Position numbers and translations under genes: made by a program. From positions 1,312,001 through 1,376,000 of the forward strand of contig CAXXWQ010000004.1 of the NCBI GenBank assembly GCA_963674945.2: a DNA stretch of 64,000 nucleotides. Direction: 5' to 3'. A model generated the notes under the pieces. That model had not been told where the DNA came from. It saw nothing but the letters and a program-made list of their open reading frames with translations, and ran no database searches. Shown here one piece after another: positions 1 through 10,913 of this stretch. Source of the stretch: an uncultured Desulfosarcina sp. Its GTDB lineage: Bacteria; Desulfobacterota; Desulfobacteria; Desulfobacterales; Desulfosarcinaceae. How positions within the stretch are numbered: position 1 is the first letter of the stretch; every line of letters begins with the position of its first letter.

Positions 1-1144
1 TCGCGATCTGTTCAAGGATGCCAAGGCCAAGGCACCGTGCATTATCTTTATCGACGAGTTGGATGCAGTGGGCAAAAACCGCTCCCAGGGCGCCATCATT
101 GGGGGAAACGACGAACGGGAAAACACCCTCAACCAGTTGCTGACGGAAATGGACGGTTTCGATCCACGGTCGGGAATCATCATCATGGGCGCCACCAATC
201 GTCCCGAGGTCCTCGATCCCGCCCTTTTGCGCCCGGGGCGGTTCGATCGTCAGATTCTGGTGGATCGACCCGACCTTGGCGGCCGTATGGAGATTTTCAA
301 AGTGCATACACGGGGCTTCACGATCGACCCGAATGTGGACTTTCGGAAGCTGGCTGCCGAAACACCCGGATTTGCCGGAGCCGAAATCGCCAATGTTTGT
401 AACGAAGCGGCTCTTCTGGCTTCGCGTAGGGACCACCAGACCATTTCACATGCCGATTTTCAGGATGCCATCGAACGTGTCATCGCAGGGCTTGAAAAGA
501 AGAACAAACTGATCAATCCTCACGAGCGTAAAGTGGTGGCGTACCACGAATCGGGCCACGCCATCGTCGGACACCTCACAACGGGGGCCGATCCGGTACA
601 GAAGGTCTCGATTGTTCCCAGAGGGATCGGTGCGTTGGGCTATACCCTGCAAACGCCGTTGGAAGATCGTTTCCTCATGTCGCGAACCGAACTAGTGGGT
701 AAAATCAAGGGACTGTTGGGCGGTCGTGCAGCGGAAGAGCTTGTCTTCGGCGATATCTCCACCGGGGCTGCCAATGATTTGGAAAAAGTCGCAGACATCG
801 TCCGTAACATGTTGACCGTGTATGGGATGAGTGAACAGATGCCCAACCGGTCGCTGGTGGAAAATGCTTCCAATCCCTTTCTTGGGCAGGGGCCGTCCAC
901 GCAGCGCCGCTCGGAAACGCTCGAAACGCTGATCGATCAAGAGACACAAAAAATCATCGATGATGCGTACCAGAAGGCCCGTCAAATCCTCATCGAGCAC
1001 CGTGGAGAACTGGAGTCCATGGCAGGACTGCTGCTGGAAAAAGAGAACATCGACGGACAGGACATTCAGCGAATTCTGGGACAGAATCTGAGGGATGAGG
1101 ATAACACTGCCAGAACGACTCTACCATTGGCTGCATCACGATAG
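1..1144 (+). CDS. ftsH: ATP-dependent zinc metalloprotease FtsH (5' end outside window; probably an accessory paralog)
   Basis: Walker B IIFIDE at window start, [19 protein letters not shown] motif [25 protein letters not shown] zinc motif. Confidence 0.95.
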   Translation, partial: RDLFKDAKAKAPCIIFIDELDAVGKNRSQGAIIGGNDERENTLNQLLTEMDGFDPRSGIIIMGATNRPEVLDPALLRPGRFDRQILVDRPDLGGRMEIFKVHTRGFTIDPNVDFRKLAAETPGFAGAEIANVCNEAALLASRRDHQTISHADFQDAIERVIAGLEKKNKLINPHERKVVAYHESGHAIVGHLTTGADPVQKVSIVPRGIGALGYTLQTPLEDRFLMSRTELVGKIKGLLGGRAAEELVFGDISTGAANDLEKVADIVRNMLTVYGMSEQMPNRSLVENASNPFLGQGPSTQRRSETLETLIDQETQKIIDDAYQKARQILIEHRGELESMAGLLLEKENIDGQDIQRILGQNLRDEDNTARTTLPLAASR

Positions 1145-1178
1145 CAATACCGCCCCGGAAGAAAAGGATGTGGATAGG

Positions 1179-2459
1179 ATGAATCAAGGTGAAAAGAAAA
1201 TCGGATACTGGTCGGTCGTCGCCATCGGTATTGGGGGCATGGTCGGTGGCGGTATTTTCGCGGTACTGGGACTGTCTGTACAGATGACCAAAGGAGCCGC
1301 GCCGCTGGCGTTCACGGCGGCAGGAATCGTGGCGATCGCCACCGCCTATTCATACACGCGGCTGTCGGTGACATTTCCGAATCAAGGTGGTACGGTTACG
1401 TTCCTGGACCGGGCCTTCGGCCCAGGGATGTTCACCGGCACGGTCAACATCCTGCTATGGATCAGCTATATCGTCATGCTTTCATTGTATGCCTTTGCTT
1501 TCGGCAGCTACGCCGCGGCCTTGTTTCCCGATGGTTCCCGACTGGTGTGGAAACATATTTTGATCTGTGCTGCCGTGCTCGGTGTCACCGGTCTCAATTT
1601 TCTCAATGTCGCGATCATTGGCGCGGCCGAGGAATGGATCGTGGCCGTCAAGATCGGCATCCTGCTCTTCTTCATCGGCATCGGCATCTGGTCCATCGAT
1701 GCCTCCCGTTTGGCGGTGGATAGCTGGTCGCAACCCACCGCGACCATCGCCGGTGCAATGATCATTTTTCTGGCTTACGAAGGGTTCGAGCTGATCGCCA
1801 ATACGGCGGGAGATGTCCGCAATCCGGATCGCACGCTCCCGTTGGCCTACTTTTCCGCCGTCGGTTTCGTGATTCTGCTGTACATACTGGTAGCCGCGGT
1901 CACGGTGGGCAACCTTTCCGTTCAGCAGATTGTGGATGCCAAAGATTACGCGCTGGCCGAGGCGGCCCGCCCCTTTCTGGGCTCTATCGGATATCTTTTG
2001 ATTACCGTGGCGGCCCTGCTCTCCACCTTGTCAGCCATCAACGCCACGCTTTACGGAGCCGCCCGGCTCAGTTACGCCATCGCCAAGGATGGCGAACTGC
2101 CCGCGGTATTAGAAAGAAAACTTTGGAATCGTCCGGCGGAGGGGCTTTTGATCACTTCCGGAGCAACGCTTCTGGTCGCCAACGTTTTCGATTTATCAAG
2201 CATTTCCACCATGGGAAGCGCCGGATTTCTGCTGATCTTTGCCGTTGTGAATGCTGCCAATCTGGGGCTGGCACAAAAAACCAACAGCCGTGGCTGGATA
2301 TCGATGCTGGGTGTAATACTTTGCCTGGGAGCCCTGGCCAGCCTGATCGGTTACACGATAAAGCAGTCACCGGGTCACGTCTGGATACTGATCGCCATGG
2401 TCCTGCTGTCTTTCACCGTCGAAGGTGCCTATCGTCTCTGGCGACAAAGAAATCTTTAA
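1179..2459 (+). CDS. APC-family amino acid permease
   Basis: GIGGMVGGGIF in TM1, AYEGFELIAN motif, about 12 hydrophobic segments; ATG at 1179 chosen as start. Confidence 0.9.
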   Translation: MNQGEKKIGYWSVVAIGIGGMVGGGIFAVLGLSVQMTKGAAPLAFTAAGIVAIATAYSYTRLSVTFPNQGGTVTFLDRAFGPGMFTGTVNILLWISYIVMLSLYAFAFGSYAAALFPDGSRLVWKHILICAAVLGVTGLNFLNVAIIGAAEEWIVAVKIGILLFFIGIGIWSIDASRLAVDSWSQPTATIAGAMIIFLAYEGFELIANTAGDVRNPDRTLPLAYFSAVGFVILLYILVAAVTVGNLSVQQIVDAKDYALAEAARPFLGSIGYLLITVAALLSTLSAINATLYGAARLSYAIAKDGELPAVLERKLWNRPAEGLLITSGATLLVANVFDLSSISTMGSAGFLLIFAVVNAANLGLAQKTNSRGWISMLGVILCLGALASLIGYTIKQSPGHVWILIAMVLLSFTVEGAYRLWRQRNL

Positions 2460-2502
2460 CTTGGTCGCTACGATACCATAACATATTGAAAGGCGACAAC
2501 AC

Positions 2503-3435
2503 ATGATAACAATGTTGCGATGGTCAGAGAACAGATTTATTCAAACTGATAAAATTGAGAGGCACTGCCTGATCAACGTAGTCAATCCTGAAGAACATGA
2601 ACTAAAAACACTGACGGATGAAATGCTCATCCCGCCCGATTTCCTGACAGATCCCCTGGATATTGACGAGAGATCAAGAATCGAGACCGAGAACGGATTT
2701 CTACTTGTTGTTCTTAGATTGCCGAAATATAATAAGGAGTCGGACATTCCATTCACGACATTTCCTGCGGGCATTATTCTCACTAACAATGATACGATCG
2801 CGCTCATAAGTTCTTCGGATATAATGGAAGCTTTGAATCTGTCAGACAGCAGGCTGAAAGGGGTTGCTGACGGAAAGAGGAGCAGTGTCATCCTTCACAT
2901 ATTTCTGAAAACAGCGCTGCTTTTTCTCAAACATCTGAAAGAAATAAACCGGCAAACCGGAGAAATTGAAAATGAATTGCAGAAGTCACTGAAAAACAAA
3001 GAACTGATCAAGCTTCTGAATATAGAAAAGGGCCTTGTTTTCTTCATAACATCCTTGAAATCCAATGAGCTGATGATGGAACGGCTGATGAAGACGGAAC
3101 TTTTGAGCCTGACAACCGATGACAAAGACAGGCTGGAAGATGTACTGATTGACAACAGACAGGCAATCGAGATGGCGAATATATACAGCAATATCCTGAG
3201 CGGAATGATGGATGCATTCGCGTCGGTGATTTCCAACAACCTTAATGTCGTCATGAAAATTCTGACATCGATAACAATCATACTGATGATTCCGACACTC
3301 GCCGCAAGTATTTACGGGATGAACATAGAACTTCCGTTTCAGCATTTGCCCCAGGCGTTCTCTATCATATCGGGAATTTCATTTTTACTGCTATCGCTAT
3401 GCATCTTAATTTTCAAAATAAACAAATGGTTCTGA
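2503..3435 (+). CDS. corA: CorA-family Mg2+/Co2+ transporter
   Basis: YGMN signature and two C-terminal TM helices; DPLDIDERSRIE motif. Confidence 0.93.
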   Translation: MITMLRWSENRFIQTDKIERHCLINVVNPEEHELKTLTDEMLIPPDFLTDPLDIDERSRIETENGFLLVVLRLPKYNKESDIPFTTFPAGIILTNNDTIALISSSDIMEALNLSDSRLKGVADGKRSSVILHIFLKTALLFLKHLKEINRQTGEIENELQKSLKNKELIKLLNIEKGLVFFITSLKSNELMMERLMKTELLSLTTDDKDRLEDVLIDNRQAIEMANIYSNILSGMMDAFASVISNNLNVVMKILTSITIILMIPTLAASIYGMNIELPFQHLPQAFSIISGISFLLLSLCILIFKINKWF

Positions 3436-3522
3436 AGTATCGCAACCAGGAACTGGAGTGGAATTGAAGGATCTTGTGCCACCATCCCTTTCAGAATATT
3501 GCCGTAAAAGCGGTCAATTCAG

Positions 3523-4116
3523 GTGGAAAACCCGGGCAATGGCCCCACTGTGCCTAATTGTGCTTATCGGCACCCTTGCGCTGACGCTGCCTCTTTTTGG
3601 AATATCCGAACATTCTCAGCCATCGGAAAAGATCAAATCCACACACCGGCCATTCTCGTCCCTTGTCTTCGGCGGCCGGCGATAGTTACCGCCAATCAGA
3701 ATGTTACGGTCGACCTGGACCTTGCCGTTGATATCTGCCCGGCAACCATTGATCCGGACCGTTTTACCCAGTGTCTGCTCAACCTTTATCTCAATGCGAT
3801 CCAATCCATGACTGACGGCGGCACCCTGCTGGTGGCCTGTGACATGGAGGACAACCGCTACGCAAGGATTCGCGTCAGCGACACGGGACCGGGCATTGCC
3901 GCAGACCATCTGGGTCGGATTTTTGATCCCTATTTTACCACAAAGAACAAAGGAACCGGACTGGGGCTGGCGGTTGTGCATAAAATTATCGATGCACACC
4001 AAGCTCACCTTGCCGTTGAAAGTGTCCCCGGTAAAGGCACGACCATGACGATCCGGCTTGCATGCACCACAGCTTTCACGAAAAAGGCAGCGACTCATGG
4101 ACACAAACCGGTCTAA
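3523..4116 (+). pseudogene. Truncated sensor histidine kinase (HATPase_c only; ZraS/NtrB-like remnant)
   Basis: N-box NLYLNAIQSM, G1 DTGPGI, F-box FDPYFTTK, G2 GTGLGL; no sensor domain or H-box upstream. Confidence 0.8.
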
Positions 4117-4705
4117 CCGCATTCTAATCGTTGACGACGACCCTGGTCATCTGGCGACCCTGAAGACGATCACCCGTAGCTGGGGGTATGCCGTCCAAAC
4201 CACCGATGACGGCGACCATGCGGTTGAACGGGCAACAACCGACCCTTTCGATCTGATCCTCATGGATATCCGCATGGCCAGGATAAGCGGAATCGAAGCG
4301 CTGGCCAAGATAAAAGCGTATAATCCTTCCATCCCCGTATTAATTATGACCGCCTATTCTTCCGTGGCATCGGCGATCGACGCCTTGAAGGCGGGTGCCT
4401 ATGATTATTTGATAAAACCCCTTGATTTCGAAGTCCTGAAACTGACACTGGAGAGGACACGCGAGCATGCCGGGCTCAAGGTGGAGAACGAACTGCTCAA
4501 AAGACAATTGCATGCCGATCTCGATGGTTCTCCGGCCTCGGTTCCAACGCCATCGGATGGCACCCGGTCGTTGGAAGAGATCGAAAAGGAGGCTATTGTG
4601 GCAACCTTGAAAGCCACCAACGGCAACAAGAGTGAATGTGCCCGCCGCTTAGGCATCACACGCAAAACATTGCACAACAAACTCAAGAACTTCGGCATTG
4701 GATAA
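4097..4705 (+). CDS. ZraR/NtrC-like response regulator reduced to REC plus Fis-type HTH (AAA+ domain missing)
   Basis: REC (ILIVDDD, LMDIRM, KPLD) joined by a short linker to SLEEIEKEAI...GNKSECARRLGITRKTLHNKL; no GESGTGKE or GAFTGA. Confidence 0.85.
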   Translation: MDTNRSNRILIVDDDPGHLATLKTITRSWGYAVQTTDDGDHAVERATTDPFDLILMDIRMARISGIEALAKIKAYNPSIPVLIMTAYSSVASAIDALKAGAYDYLIKPLDFEVLKLTLERTREHAGLKVENELLKRQLHADLDGSPASVPTPSDGTRSLEEIEKEAIVATLKATNGNKSECARRLGITRKTLHNKLKNFGIG

Positions 4706-4898
4706 CCGCCGCACGCGCCCTTCACAAGCAGTATAATTTTTACCCACATCGCTCTGCCCTCTGATGCAAACTGTTTATTTTTTACACAGCAATAAATCTC
4801 CCGATGTCTGCCAATCCGTTAACCAACAATTCTCATTCAGATAGTTAATCCTGTCATTTCAAATCATTAAAACGCCTCTTGAGAACCTCTGAAAAAAC

Positions 4899-4913
4899 TG
4901 GCACGTGCTTTGC
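4899..4913 (+). promoter_or_regulatory. Sigma54 (-24/-12) promoter upstream of zraP-like gene
   Basis: TGGCAC-GTGCT-TTGC matches TGGCAC-N5-TTGC; two 13-bp GT(A/T)-N7-TAC sites at 4731-4743 and 4773-4785 are candidate enhancer sites. Confidence 0.8.
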
Positions 4914-4991
4914 CGTTGAATCAAAGTGCACATGGACGATACCGCATTTTGCGGCAACCGATGATCACTCAACATGGAAAGGAGAATTCCA

Positions 4992-5489
4992 ATGAAGATC
5001 AATACGAAATCGATTCTTGGCTTGGCGGCTGTTCTGTCCCTGGCGATTGCAACCGTCGCCTTTGCCAATGGTGGGTGGGGGTATGATTCACACATGGACG
5101 GCTACGACGGCCACATGATGGAACCTGGTCATGGTGGTGGCCACATGATGAATTACGATTGTAATTACGGCCGGTACGGTCACGGGCACGATGCCTGGAA
5201 TAACCTGTCCGATGCGGATGCTGCCGAGCTGGATGCCTCTCAGGAGAAATTCTACGCTGATACCTTTGAATTACACAGCCAGATCAATGAGAAGGAACTC
5301 GCTCTGCGTAATGAAATGAATCAATCGAATCCGGATCAGAACAGAGCCATAACGCTGCAAAAAGAACTCTCCTCTCCGCAGAGTGATTTTGACCAGAAAG
5401 CATTGGCTCACCAGTTGGAGGTTCGAAAACTGCTGCCAAAAGACTATCGCGGAAGCGGTTATGGCTATGGGCCCGCCTATTGCCGGTAG
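4992..5489 (+). CDS. ZraP/Spy/CpxP-family periplasmic metal-resistance protein
   Basis: Signal peptide, His/Met/Gly-rich segment, helical core (FYADTFELHSQINEKELALRNEM...LQKELS); follows a Zra-like two-component pair and sigma54 promoter. Confidence 0.8.
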   Translation: MKINTKSILGLAAVLSLAIATVAFANGGWGYDSHMDGYDGHMMEPGHGGGHMMNYDCNYGRYGHGHDAWNNLSDADAAELDASQEKFYADTFELHSQINEKELALRNEMNQSNPDQNRAITLQKELSSPQSDFDQKALAHQLEVRKLLPKDYRGSGYGYGPAYCR

Positions 5490-5566
5490 GTCCCCAAAAA
5501 TGTTCCGGGACGAACCTTTACCATTCGTCCCGGACGGATGACGCGTAGGACTCAAAGGAGGTTACG

Positions 5567-5932
5567 ATGAACAGAAAAACCAGCACACTTTTGAGTCTGG
5601 GAATCTCAATCGCATTGATCGCAGGCACCATATGGTTTCTGCTCAATCATCAATACGGTTACGGTAATGGTCGCTGGATGATGCCGCATTACATGACGAT
5701 GGGAGCTGGTGGTATGGGATTTATCATGATTTTTCTCTGGGTGGCCGTGATCGCCGCCATTGCGATGGTCATTTCCGGCATCTCTTCGGGCAGGCAGTCA
5801 ACGGGCGGACCGGACAACAAGAGCCAGCCCGATGCTTTGGAAATATTGAAAACCCCTTATGCCCGAGGTGAGATCGACAAAGACCAGTATCAGTCCATGA
5901 AAGATGAACTGCTCTTGGTGTTTCCGCCGTAA
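5567..5932 (+). CDS. SHOCT-domain membrane protein
   Basis: Two TM segments and C-terminal DALEILKxxYARGEIDKDQY. Confidence 0.8.
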   Translation: MNRKTSTLLSLGISIALIAGTIWFLLNHQYGYGNGRWMMPHYMTMGAGGMGFIMIFLWVAVIAAIAMVISGISSGRQSTGGPDNKSQPDALEILKTPYARGEIDKDQYQSMKDELLLVFPP

Positions 5933-6206
5933 TCGTTTTGGACCGCACTGCTGGTATCCGACGACGGATCATGCCGACGATTACGACGGTTCTCACGCAC
6001 AATAATTTTATACCGGCTAACATAGAAGAACACTGCTGTGGATAAGAGAAATGGTTTCATATGCAATTAAACCGGCAGTATCCATATGGCGGGATTGGAA
6101 CAATAAAGGCGGCGCTGATGGGAAATACGTTTTGCACCTGATTGCCCGCCAATCGTGAAGGACATACAGTGGTGGACAGAAGCCTACATCACTTCGGGAG
6201 GTCACC

Positions 6207-7826
6207 ATGCAACACATGAATGTAGCCCAAATAACGGACGATGCAGTCGTTGATCCGGTCTGCGGGATGAGTACCGAATCTCCGGAATCTTATATCGCCT
6301 ACGATTACGAGGAAACGACGTTCTATTTCTGCAGCAATCATTGCCTGGAGAAATTCAAGAGGTCACCGGATCGATTCCTGTCCGATGAAATCGACAGGTC
6401 AGACGGTGAGGTGCCGGAAACGGACACCAAAAAACATACGAGTTACACCTGTCCGATGCATCCGGAGGTCCACCGGGAAGGTCCGGGTGACTGCCCCAAG
6501 TGCGGGATGGCCCTGGAACCGAAGACCGTTGCAGAAGAGTCGGATGACAACCATGAATACCTTTTCATGCGTAAGCGCTTTTGGATTTCGGTGATCCTAT
6601 CGCTGCCGGTGATGGTCATCGCCATGCGGGATCTTTTCGGCCTGGGTTTTCTGGAGCGAACCTTTGGAAGCGTTACCCTGCATTGGGCGGAGTTCGTTTT
6701 GGCCACGCCGGTCGTCCTTTGGGGTGGCCGGGTCTTCTACGTTCGGGCATGGAAATCCATCGCCTCCTGGAATCTGAACATGTTCACACTCATCGGCCTG
6801 GGCACGGCCGTGGCTTATTTATACAGCGTCGCGGCATTGATATTTCCGGACCTATTCCCTGCATCATTCAGGGCAAGCGACGGAACGGTAGCCGTCTATT
6901 TCGAGGCTTCGGCGATGATTATCACCCTTGTATTGCTCGGTCAGCTGCTTGAACAGAAAGCACGCAGCCGCACCGGTTCCGCCATTAAGGCCCTTCTTGG
7001 CTTGGCGCCGAAGACCGCGCGGCGAATCGAGGAAGACGGTTCGGAACACGACGTGCCATTGGACGAAATCCGGATGGATGACCGTTTGCGGGTTCGCCCC
7101 GGTGAGAAAGTGCCGGTGGACGGTACGGTAATCGATGGGAACAGCAGTGTGCAGGAAGCCGACATCTCGACAGACGAACTGTAAGACGACGCCGTAAAGC
7201 TGCGCGCTAAAGGGAAAACCGCCATGTTCGTAGCCGTAGATGGTGCTGCTGCAGGGATTGTCAGCGTGTCGGATCCCATCAAGACAACCACGCAGGAGGC
7301 CATGAAGAATCTACACGAGGAAGGCATCGAGATTGTTATGCTGACAGGCGACAACAAAGCTACGGCTTCGGCAGTGGCCGAAAAACTGGGCATCGACGAT
7401 GTCGTTGCAGAAGTGATGCCGGAGGATAAGGCCGAAGCGGTCAAACGGTTTCAGGATCAGGGTAAAATCGTTGCCATGGCCGGGGACGGTATCAACGACG
7501 CCCCGGCATTGGCCTATACACAGGTCGGCATTGCCATGGGTACAGGAACCGATGTGGCCATGGAGAGTGCGAGTGTAACATTGGTAAAGGGAGATCTTCG
7601 CGGAATCGTCAGGGCCGTGATGCTATCCAAGGCCACCATGCGCAACATCAAACAGAACCTGTTTTTTGCCTTTTTTTACAATGCGCTGGGCATCCCCGTC
7701 GCCGCCGGCGTGCTCTACCCGGTTTTTGGCCTGTTGCTTTCACCGATGATCGCTGCCGCCGCCATGAGCTTCAGTTCGGTTTCCGTGGTTGGCAACGCCT
7801 TGAGACTGCGCAAGGTGCAGATCTAA
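6207..7826 (+). pseudogene. copA: Cu(I)-translocating P1B ATPase (CopA-like, YHS plus heavy-metal-binding domain) with large in-frame deletion and an in-frame TAA
   Basis: DPVCGM..YFCS..C, YTCPMHPE..CPKCGM, start of A-domain, then [16 protein letters not shown] and YN/MSFSS; ORFs 6207-7184 and 7224-7826 share a frame; TGES, CPC and DKTGT are absent. Confidence 0.9.
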
Positions 7827-7847
7827 AGGATTTGCTCAAATCCTTTT
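7825..7847. terminator. Hairpin between convergent genes (probable bidirectional terminator)
   Basis: AAAGGATTTG-CT-CAAATCCTTT inverted repeat. Confidence 0.6.
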
Positions 7848-7869
7848 GTTGAAATAGGTACCATCGATG

Positions 7870-8562
7870 CTATAGGTTATCGGTTATGCGGAATTGCACT
7901 GTGAAGTAAAGGTTCCTGATTCCCAGACGATCCAGCGGAATGATCACCGAATGGTCTTTTGATAAACCTGGAGGAAACGATACAGAAATGGGCACCTCGC
8001 CTGTAATCACCCCCTCACCAGCGCACCGATGGCAATCATAAAATCCCATGCGTCCATAACCACCACAAGTGGGACAAAGCGCTCGCGCAGGAACCATAAT
8101 CCTCGCGGTTCCGCCCCGGCGGGTCTGCTCACCGGTCAGCGGCACTTCCATGGTCAGATTTTGCATCCGGCCGGATCTGGATGGTTCGACACTTGAAAAA
8201 TTTCTCCATAGCCAGTCGAATAACTCGTCGAAGGAGGGAGAATATTTTTCAAAGGAACGAACGGGTGATATTTCTCCCATATTGGCGGGACCACTGTCCG
8301 GGATCAGAGGTTCCGGTTTGATTTTTGGCCTGATATCCAGAGCCCTTCTTACCCGGACATTTGCAAGTGTCTTCTCATAAGCTTTTCGCTTGACCGGGTC
8401 TCCTAATACTGAATAGGCTTCTTGAATTTGTTTAAAGGATTCGCTGTTACCACTGTAAAGATCCGGATGGAACTCCTTTGCCAATCGGCGATAGGCCGAA
8501 TGGACTTCATCGGAAGTTGCATTTGATGAAATTTCCAAAATCGTGAAATAGCTTTTGGCCAT
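7870..8562 (-). CDS. DnaJ-domain protein with partial zinc finger
   Basis: J-domain with HPD (AKEFHPD), CPTCGGYG and CHRCAGEG repeats; ATG 8562 with AGGAGG RBS. Confidence 0.88.
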   Translation of the reverse strand: MAKSYFTILEISSNATSDEVHSAYRRLAKEFHPDLYSGNSESFKQIQEAYSVLGDPVKRKAYEKTLANVRVRRALDIRPKIKPEPLIPDSGPANMGEISPVRSFEKYSPSFDELFDWLWRNFSSVEPSRSGRMQNLTMEVPLTGEQTRRGGTARIMVPARALCPTCGGYGRMGFYDCHRCAGEGVITGEVPISVSFPPGLSKDHSVIIPLDRLGIRNLYFTVQFRITDNL

Positions 8563-8748
8563 CAGAAACCTCCTTTCCTGACATTCCATATCCATTGAAT
8601 TTTTGTCCCGGAGCACTAAACCCAATATGACATCCTGGGGGATGGATGAAGTTGGCGATCTTACAATAATCGCGCACCGTGGCTTTTGGACTCTCCGAAC
8701 GAATGCCATTTCAGTATATACCTTGATTGCGGCTTGGCACTTTTTTAT

Positions 8749-9387
8749 TCAGCGCTCATGTCGTTCCCCCTTAACCGAATCGACGGGAAATTTGGATATT
8801 CGCTTGCCTTTCTTAACCAACTTCTGAATGTCGGCAAGGGTCTTCCCGTATGTTTCTATGACGCTCACGAGCGACTGGTATAGCGTATCGTCTTCTCCCA
8901 GCGTTTTCTTGACGTCAGCCAAGAGTTCTTTTCCCTGTTTACAATGTTTGCTGATCCTGACCAACGCTTCTTCTCGTCTTAGCTGCCGGAAGCGTTCTTT
9001 TTCGAGTACCGGCAGCAGCCGTTGAATCGACCGCTCAATCAAGTCGTCCCGCGATGCTGGTGAGTACTTGGAAGCGGAATTGAGTGCGGCTAATGATCTT
9101 TGGCTAATAACGAATGTTTTTTGAATGCGTTGCTCCTTTGTATCCGTATCAAGGGACAGCGACGCCGCTATGGCCTGCAACGCATCCTCATCCTCCATGA
9201 GGTAATCGAACAGGGATTTTTGCTTGATCCCCAGCTGGGCGGCCAGAGAACTCAGAAGCTCAATTGTTGTCGGATGCAGCTTGAACGTTGCCCGCACCGA
9301 TTTCTTTCCCAACAGATCACCGATCGTGGTCAACTTTATCGTTGCGTCTTTCCCTTTTTCAGTGGTCGATTCGTTCATAGCACCCAT
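8749..9387 (-). CDS. Hypothetical protein, possibly a tandem ribbon-helix-helix-like regulator
   Basis: Intact 212-aa ORF with two strand-helix-helix-like repeats (SVRATFKLHPTTIELLSSLA; RIQKTFVISQRSLAALNSAS). Confidence 0.6.
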   Translation of the reverse strand: MGAMNESTTEKGKDATIKLTTIGDLLGKKSVRATFKLHPTTIELLSSLAAQLGIKQKSLFDYLMEDEDALQAIAASLSLDTDTKEQRIQKTFVISQRSLAALNSASKYSPASRDDLIERSIQRLLPVLEKERFRQLRREEALVRISKHCKQGKELLADVKKTLGEDDTLYQSLVSVIETYGKTLADIQKLVKKGKRISKFPVDSVKGERHER

Positions 9388-9727
9388 TGCATTACTTATT
9401 CTTCATTCAAATATTTAGTAATTATTACAATAATTCAATGGAAAATATTTTCAAGGCTGCCAGTAAACAGGTTCTACATTGCAATGGGGAATGAATCGCT
9501 TACCCAATAAGGAATGTAGATGGTTTTCGTCCAAGTTGGGATTAAGTTGATTTTTCTATCAAAGGTCACTTCAGGATCGATGGAACTTTTTATTCAATAA
9601 ATTTATCTTGATTCATCAGCATGTTGAAAATTTGACAAAATTTGACTCGCGCCACTTGACAGCCGACATATTTACATTACTTTTTAATTAAAAATAATTA
9701 AATAATTTCTTCTGAACGGGGTGCGCC

Positions 9728-9955
9728 ATGAGCATCAAAAAATGGATCCCATGAAACTGGTCCAAGAAGGAAGATAAGGACTTTTATCGCAGGGAACGCA
9801 GCTACGGATCGTTTCAGCGGGTTCTTTCACTTCCGGAAGATGCCGACCAGGAAGCTGTCTCGGCCACTTTTAAAAATGGCGTCCTGACGGTCACCATGCC
9901 CAGGAAAGAGGCTCCGCAAGCCCACGTGAGGCAGATCGAAGTTCAAAGCGCCTGA
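9728..9955 (+). pseudogene. Hsp20/alpha-crystallin remnant (internal deletion plus TGA at 9752); not in ORF track
   Basis: Translates MSIKKWIP*NWSKKEDKDFYRRERSYGSFQRVLSLPEDADQEAVSATFKNGVLTVTMPRK...IEV. Confidence 0.85.
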
Positions 9956-10017
9956 TTCTCGAAAATGACCTGTGTAACGGGCATATTGCCCTCAACTGAA
10001 AAAAGGAGGAATGAACC

Positions 10018-10479
10018 ATGTTGGCAAGAAGATTGTTCAATTATCCGTCAATGGGTTGGCGGCATCCGTTCACCGATTTGGAACGTATGTCCCGTCAGAT
10101 GGACCAGTTAACCAATGCCGTGTTCGGCAGACCGGGGATGAACTGGATGTCTGCCAGGGTCTTTCCGGCCGTTAATCTTACCGAGGATGCGGAAAACTAC
10201 TATATCCGGGCCGAACTGCCGGGAATCAAGGCCGATGCCTTGGATATTCAGGCCGTTGGCAAGAACCTGACCATTTCGGGTGAACGCACGATCACCCCCG
10301 AGGGTGAAGAAGTCAGGTATCACAGACGTGAACGCGAATCCGGTAAGTTTTCCCGCGTCATCGGCCTGCCCGGCGATGTCGATACGGACAAGGTAGATGC
10401 CAGACTGGCCAATGGGATGCTCACCGTGACCATTGCCAAGGCCGCGGCAGCCAAACCGAAACAGATCACCGTCAGCTAG
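10018..10479 (+). CDS. Hsp20/alpha-crystallin small heat-shock protein
   Basis: FPAVNL, AELPG, HRRERESGKFSR, NGMLTV, IxV tail. Confidence 0.95.
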   Translation: MLARRLFNYPSMGWRHPFTDLERMSRQMDQLTNAVFGRPGMNWMSARVFPAVNLTEDAENYYIRAELPGIKADALDIQAVGKNLTISGERTITPEGEEVRYHRRERESGKFSRVIGLPGDVDTDKVDARLANGMLTVTIAKAAAAKPKQITVS

Positions 10480-10508
10480 TCCGAATTGTGTGAAAGGAGG
10501 GATGAACA

Positions 10509-10913
10509 ATGAGTCATTCAAAAGAGCTTCAGGTAAAAGACAAACAAGAGGTGGCCGCTCCGGCCGAGCAGACTCGTCCCGGTGTGGTATTTACGCCGGA
10601 TGTGGATATCTTCGAAGACGATCGGCAGATCACGTTACTTGCCGACATGCCCGGCGTGGCTTCCGATGATATCACCATCGATCTGAATGAAAACGTATTG
10701 AGCCTTTCAGGAGAAGTCAAGCCGTTTGAAAACAAGAATGAATCGGATGTGTTCATCGAATTTGAAATCGGACGCTACCATCGTCAGTTCTCCCTTTCCG
10801 AGGTCATTGATCAAAGCAGGATCGAAGCCAAGCATGAAGACGGGGTACTGCGTCTGACCCTGCCCAAGGCAGAGAAGGCAATCCCTCGACAGATAACCGT
10901 GAATGCGGGATAA
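10509..10913 (+). CDS. Hsp20/alpha-crystallin small heat-shock protein
   Basis: PDVDIFE, ADMPGV, YHRQFSL, DGVLRLTLPK, IxV tail. Confidence 0.95.
   Translation: MSHSKELQVKDKQEVAAPAEQTRPGVVFTPDVDIFEDDRQITLLADMPGVASDDITIDLNENVLSLSGEVKPFENKNESDVFIEFEIGRYHRQFSLSEVIDQSRIEAKHEDGVLRLTLPKAEKAIPRQITVNAG

Noticed and set aside
9752..9754. In-frame TGA in the Hsp20 remnant as selenocysteine
   Set aside because: It sits at a likely Trp position (IPWNW-type motif), the gene also has an internal deletion, and Hsp20 has no redox Cys here.
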